This document shows positions 61,301 through 64,000 of a DNA stretch of 64,000 bases, one piece after another; the first letter of the stretch is position 1, and each line of letters starts with the position of its first letter. Under the pieces are notes generated by a model that saw only the letters and a program-made list of their open reading frames with translations, was not told the DNA's origin and ran no database searches. Where the stretch lies: the NCBI RefSeq assembly GCF_000002075.1, contig NW_004797478.1:740680-804679 (forward strand). The letters are read 5' to 3'. Source of the DNA: Aplysia californica (taxonomy: Eukaryota). A program made the position numbers and the translations under genes.

Positions 61301-62618
61301 TATAATATATTTTGTATTAACTGTGACTTGATATATTATACACATCTCTATATTTATAATGTGAAGCAATATAATATATCCATAGCTGTTTGTTTTGTCC
61401 ACCTTAATCAATCAATTTTGTATTTACAGATTTGTGTGCATGTGTACGCATTTTTACAATTAATATTATGAAAGTATTATGTTCCCAGTGCCATTTTTTA
61501 CATTGTTGTGTTATGTTTGTTTGCACTGTTAATAAATAATATTCCTCAAAAAAATGCTACAATCGGTTTCAGATTTGTATTACTTTTTTGCATACAGCTT
61601 TGCTTCTTCTTTCCTGTCAAACATCTATCGTCCTTATCTTCCCTTCTTCTTTTTTATGTTTGTTACTCTCTTGTAACACCTCTAATCTTCTGGCGCTCAT
61701 ATGACCTTATGCAGTTGCGAGCGCCGTAAATCTTCTACTAAAAAATCAACAACAAAAAAACAGCTTTGTGGCATTTTTACTTGAGTGGTTCAGGCTACCA
61801 GACTTGTAACCGTGAGATTGCAGGTTCGTGTGACCAAAGTTCAGCCTAGTTAGACAATTTGTCCTTGAGGAAGGCACTGTCGTAGGCCTACATGAAATGT
61901 CCCCATTTGTCTTGGTCATATCGGAGATGGACCGGATGTTAAATTCGGATGTCCGGCTTCATAAATAACCGTTTAGTATTGCAAGAGCAACCAAAATTGT
62001 AATCGATGTCAATGGTTGTAGTGGTTAGCCACTTTGCTGTCACATGCAGGAGACCTGAGTTTGATTCCCAAATGGGGAGAAATTTTCATTGAGCTGTCCG
62101 CGTCGTTTTGTGCAAGAAAAATTCTGAAATTATGCAAACTGAGCCCAAAAAATGTGAAATTGTGCGCTTCTGTTCATTTTTAACAAAGAATGATAAAGGA
62201 AAATAATCAGAAATTATGCGAAAAATGATCAAATTTTGCTAAATTATGCGAGGTACGTAAAACCACAGGGACAGATTGAGTATCTCTGTCTTTGTGCTGG
62301 GAAGTTGGATCCCTCTCAGCCTGGGTTTGCACTAACAAACAGGGTAGGGAGCTTGCTCCTAAAAAATTATAGATCGTGTCCTACGTTAAAAAATAAGAAT
62401 ATAATCGTAGTGGGGACTTTTTCTTTCTTAAAAAAAAATAGACAAGGTGAAGAGAGGTAGATAGTGGGTGATTTACAGATGCTCTATAATGTGGTTTGCT
62501 CCTTCTTTCCTATCAAACATTTATTAACTGTCCTTATAAAATCTCTCATCCTACGCTTGTTCTTTTCTATGTATGTTGGGCCTACTCTTTAGTAACACCT
62601 CTAATCTCAGGCACATAC

Positions 62619-62863
62619 GGTCGCTTTTAAGCACAAGGGGGCTACCCGAAAAACGCTGTTTTGAGAAAATCGAAGGTTAAACTTTTGCCCCTTGTTCAGG
62701 TTCTTTAAAAAACAAGGAGAGTTTTCTCTATAACCAAACAAATATACACACTAATGAAACCAAACTTCTCCTCTATAGGTAGGGCAATGCCCACTTTTGG
62801 TGTAGGTCAAGATTTCTGGAAACCCCCGAAATCTGGGTTAGCCGCTAGTCCTTAAAAGCGACC
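62619..62863. mobile_element. GGTCGC-TIR MITE copy nested in a 180-bp retroposon
   Basis: Near-identical to 56825-57069; host repeat continues on both sides. Confidence 0.8.
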
Positions 62864-63324
62864 ATATGCCCCTAGGATTGTTTAATTGTGTTACAAATGC
62901 TGTTAAACTCTTACTAAAACTACTAAAACTATGAGAGGTAGGCAGCAATTTCAAGCAGTCTCATGTAATGCATTGCCCTGATGGTAACAGGCAGACATCG
63001 TGAAGACTTTGAATGTTGTTAGCGTTTTTGTTTAATGTCACTTTTAATAATGCCGGTGGTTGGAGGGTGCCAGTGGTAGGTCCTACTTCTTTACTTTCCC
63101 TCTTTTATTTCTGTCTGTCTGTCTGTCTTACTTTTTCCCAGCACTAAATGACCATCATTATGCCGATGAGCGTATCTTTACTCAATGTTTTTAATAGGTT
63201 TATGCAGGTGCTCTGATGTTTTTTGCTCCTTCTTCTCTATCAAACATCTATTCTCCTGATCTCTCTCTCTTCTTCCCTATCAAACACTATAACACCCTGA
63301 TCTCTCCTTCTTTTTTGTTGTGAG

Positions 63325-63535
63325 TGGCGACGGTAGCCGCTACAGTGGTTAGGCTACCGGACTCGCAGTCATGAGATTGTGGGTTTGGGGGTTCAAGCCT
63401 CAGTTCAGTCCAACGTTGTTTCCTTATTGGGACAGCCACTTTGCACACATTTTCCACTTAGCTCGGTCTTTTCGGATATGGATGTTTAGCTCAGAAATGA
63501 CCAGAAAGTGTAGATAGGGGTGTTAAACCTATACA
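63325..63535 (+). mobile_element. Degenerate tRNA/CORE-type SINE; related relic at ~61782-61950
   Basis: AGTGGTTAGGCTACCGGACTCGCA..TGAGATTGTGGGTT..CGTTGTTTCCTT..GGG..CACTT resembles the head of the 1879 SINE. Confidence 0.5.
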
Positions 63536-63595
63536 GTTTCACCTTTTTTGTGTGTTTGTTCTCCAATAGAACAAAGCGAAGTTTGTCATGGAAGT

Positions 63596-63778
63596 TGGTG
63601 GTTGACGGGTACTCTGGTGTGGTTTGCTCCTTCTTTCCTATCAAACATCCATCGCCCGTATTGCTCCTCCTTCTTTTTTCTATTCGTTACTTTCTAGAAA
63701 CACCTCTAATCTTCGGCACTTATATATATGACCTTATTGTGTTGTAAGTGCTGTAAAACCCTTACTAAAACTAAAAAA
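63596..63778 (+). mobile_element. ~180-bp retroposon family copy
   Basis: Matches consensus; further partial copies at 20278-20337 (-), 31760-31870, 44332-44435, 54191-54217, 61601-61743, 62464-62930, 63200-63310. Confidence 0.8.
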
Positions 63779-64000
63779 AGAAGTGGGTAGAAAATCTTGG
63801 ACTTGGATAGGCCTACTCCCACATCACACTCCAAGATGTTGCAAACAAATAGGACTACATTGGTAGCCTACAATATAAAAAAAAACCTGTCAAATTTAAT
63901 AATTTATCTTTTATGTCCCTATCGACACAATTTAGATCATTAACCCTATCCGTACGCCCTGGGGTCATTTTGTACCCCCGGGGTTGTATTCTAGAATACT

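Overview
Animal (probably invertebrate, mollusc-like by inference) genomic scaffold, AT-rich, with 10 assembly gaps. The first half holds a copine gene of the CPNE5/8/9 type on the + strand: 20 GT-AG coding exons from 7753 to 32109 splice into one uninterrupted frame (C2A, C2B, vWA). The first coding exon was not found and probably lies upstream. Introns and the downstream region are full of transposon debris: a tRNA/CORE SINE, hAT-, piggyBac-, pogo- and Sola-like MITEs, a Mutator N-terminal relic, RNase H-bearing LINE fragments, a Hero-type restriction-like endonuclease fragment, and a family of ~180-bp retroposons with a covarying 3' hairpin. The most unusual part is 47.1-55.3 kb. It is a CpG-rich island of intronless, co-oriented minus-strand ORFs, mostly decayed, with one intact ~204-aa AAC4-like protein of probable PD-(D/E)XK nuclease fold. 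Next to it is a 1-kb array of a ~25-bp motif in mostly alternating orientation, part of which recurs as a perfect 136-bp inverted repeat 5 kb away. This looks like an endogenous virus-like or cargo-carrying element (inference). The apparent tandem duplications there each straddle an exactly 100-N gap and may be uncollapsed haplotypes.
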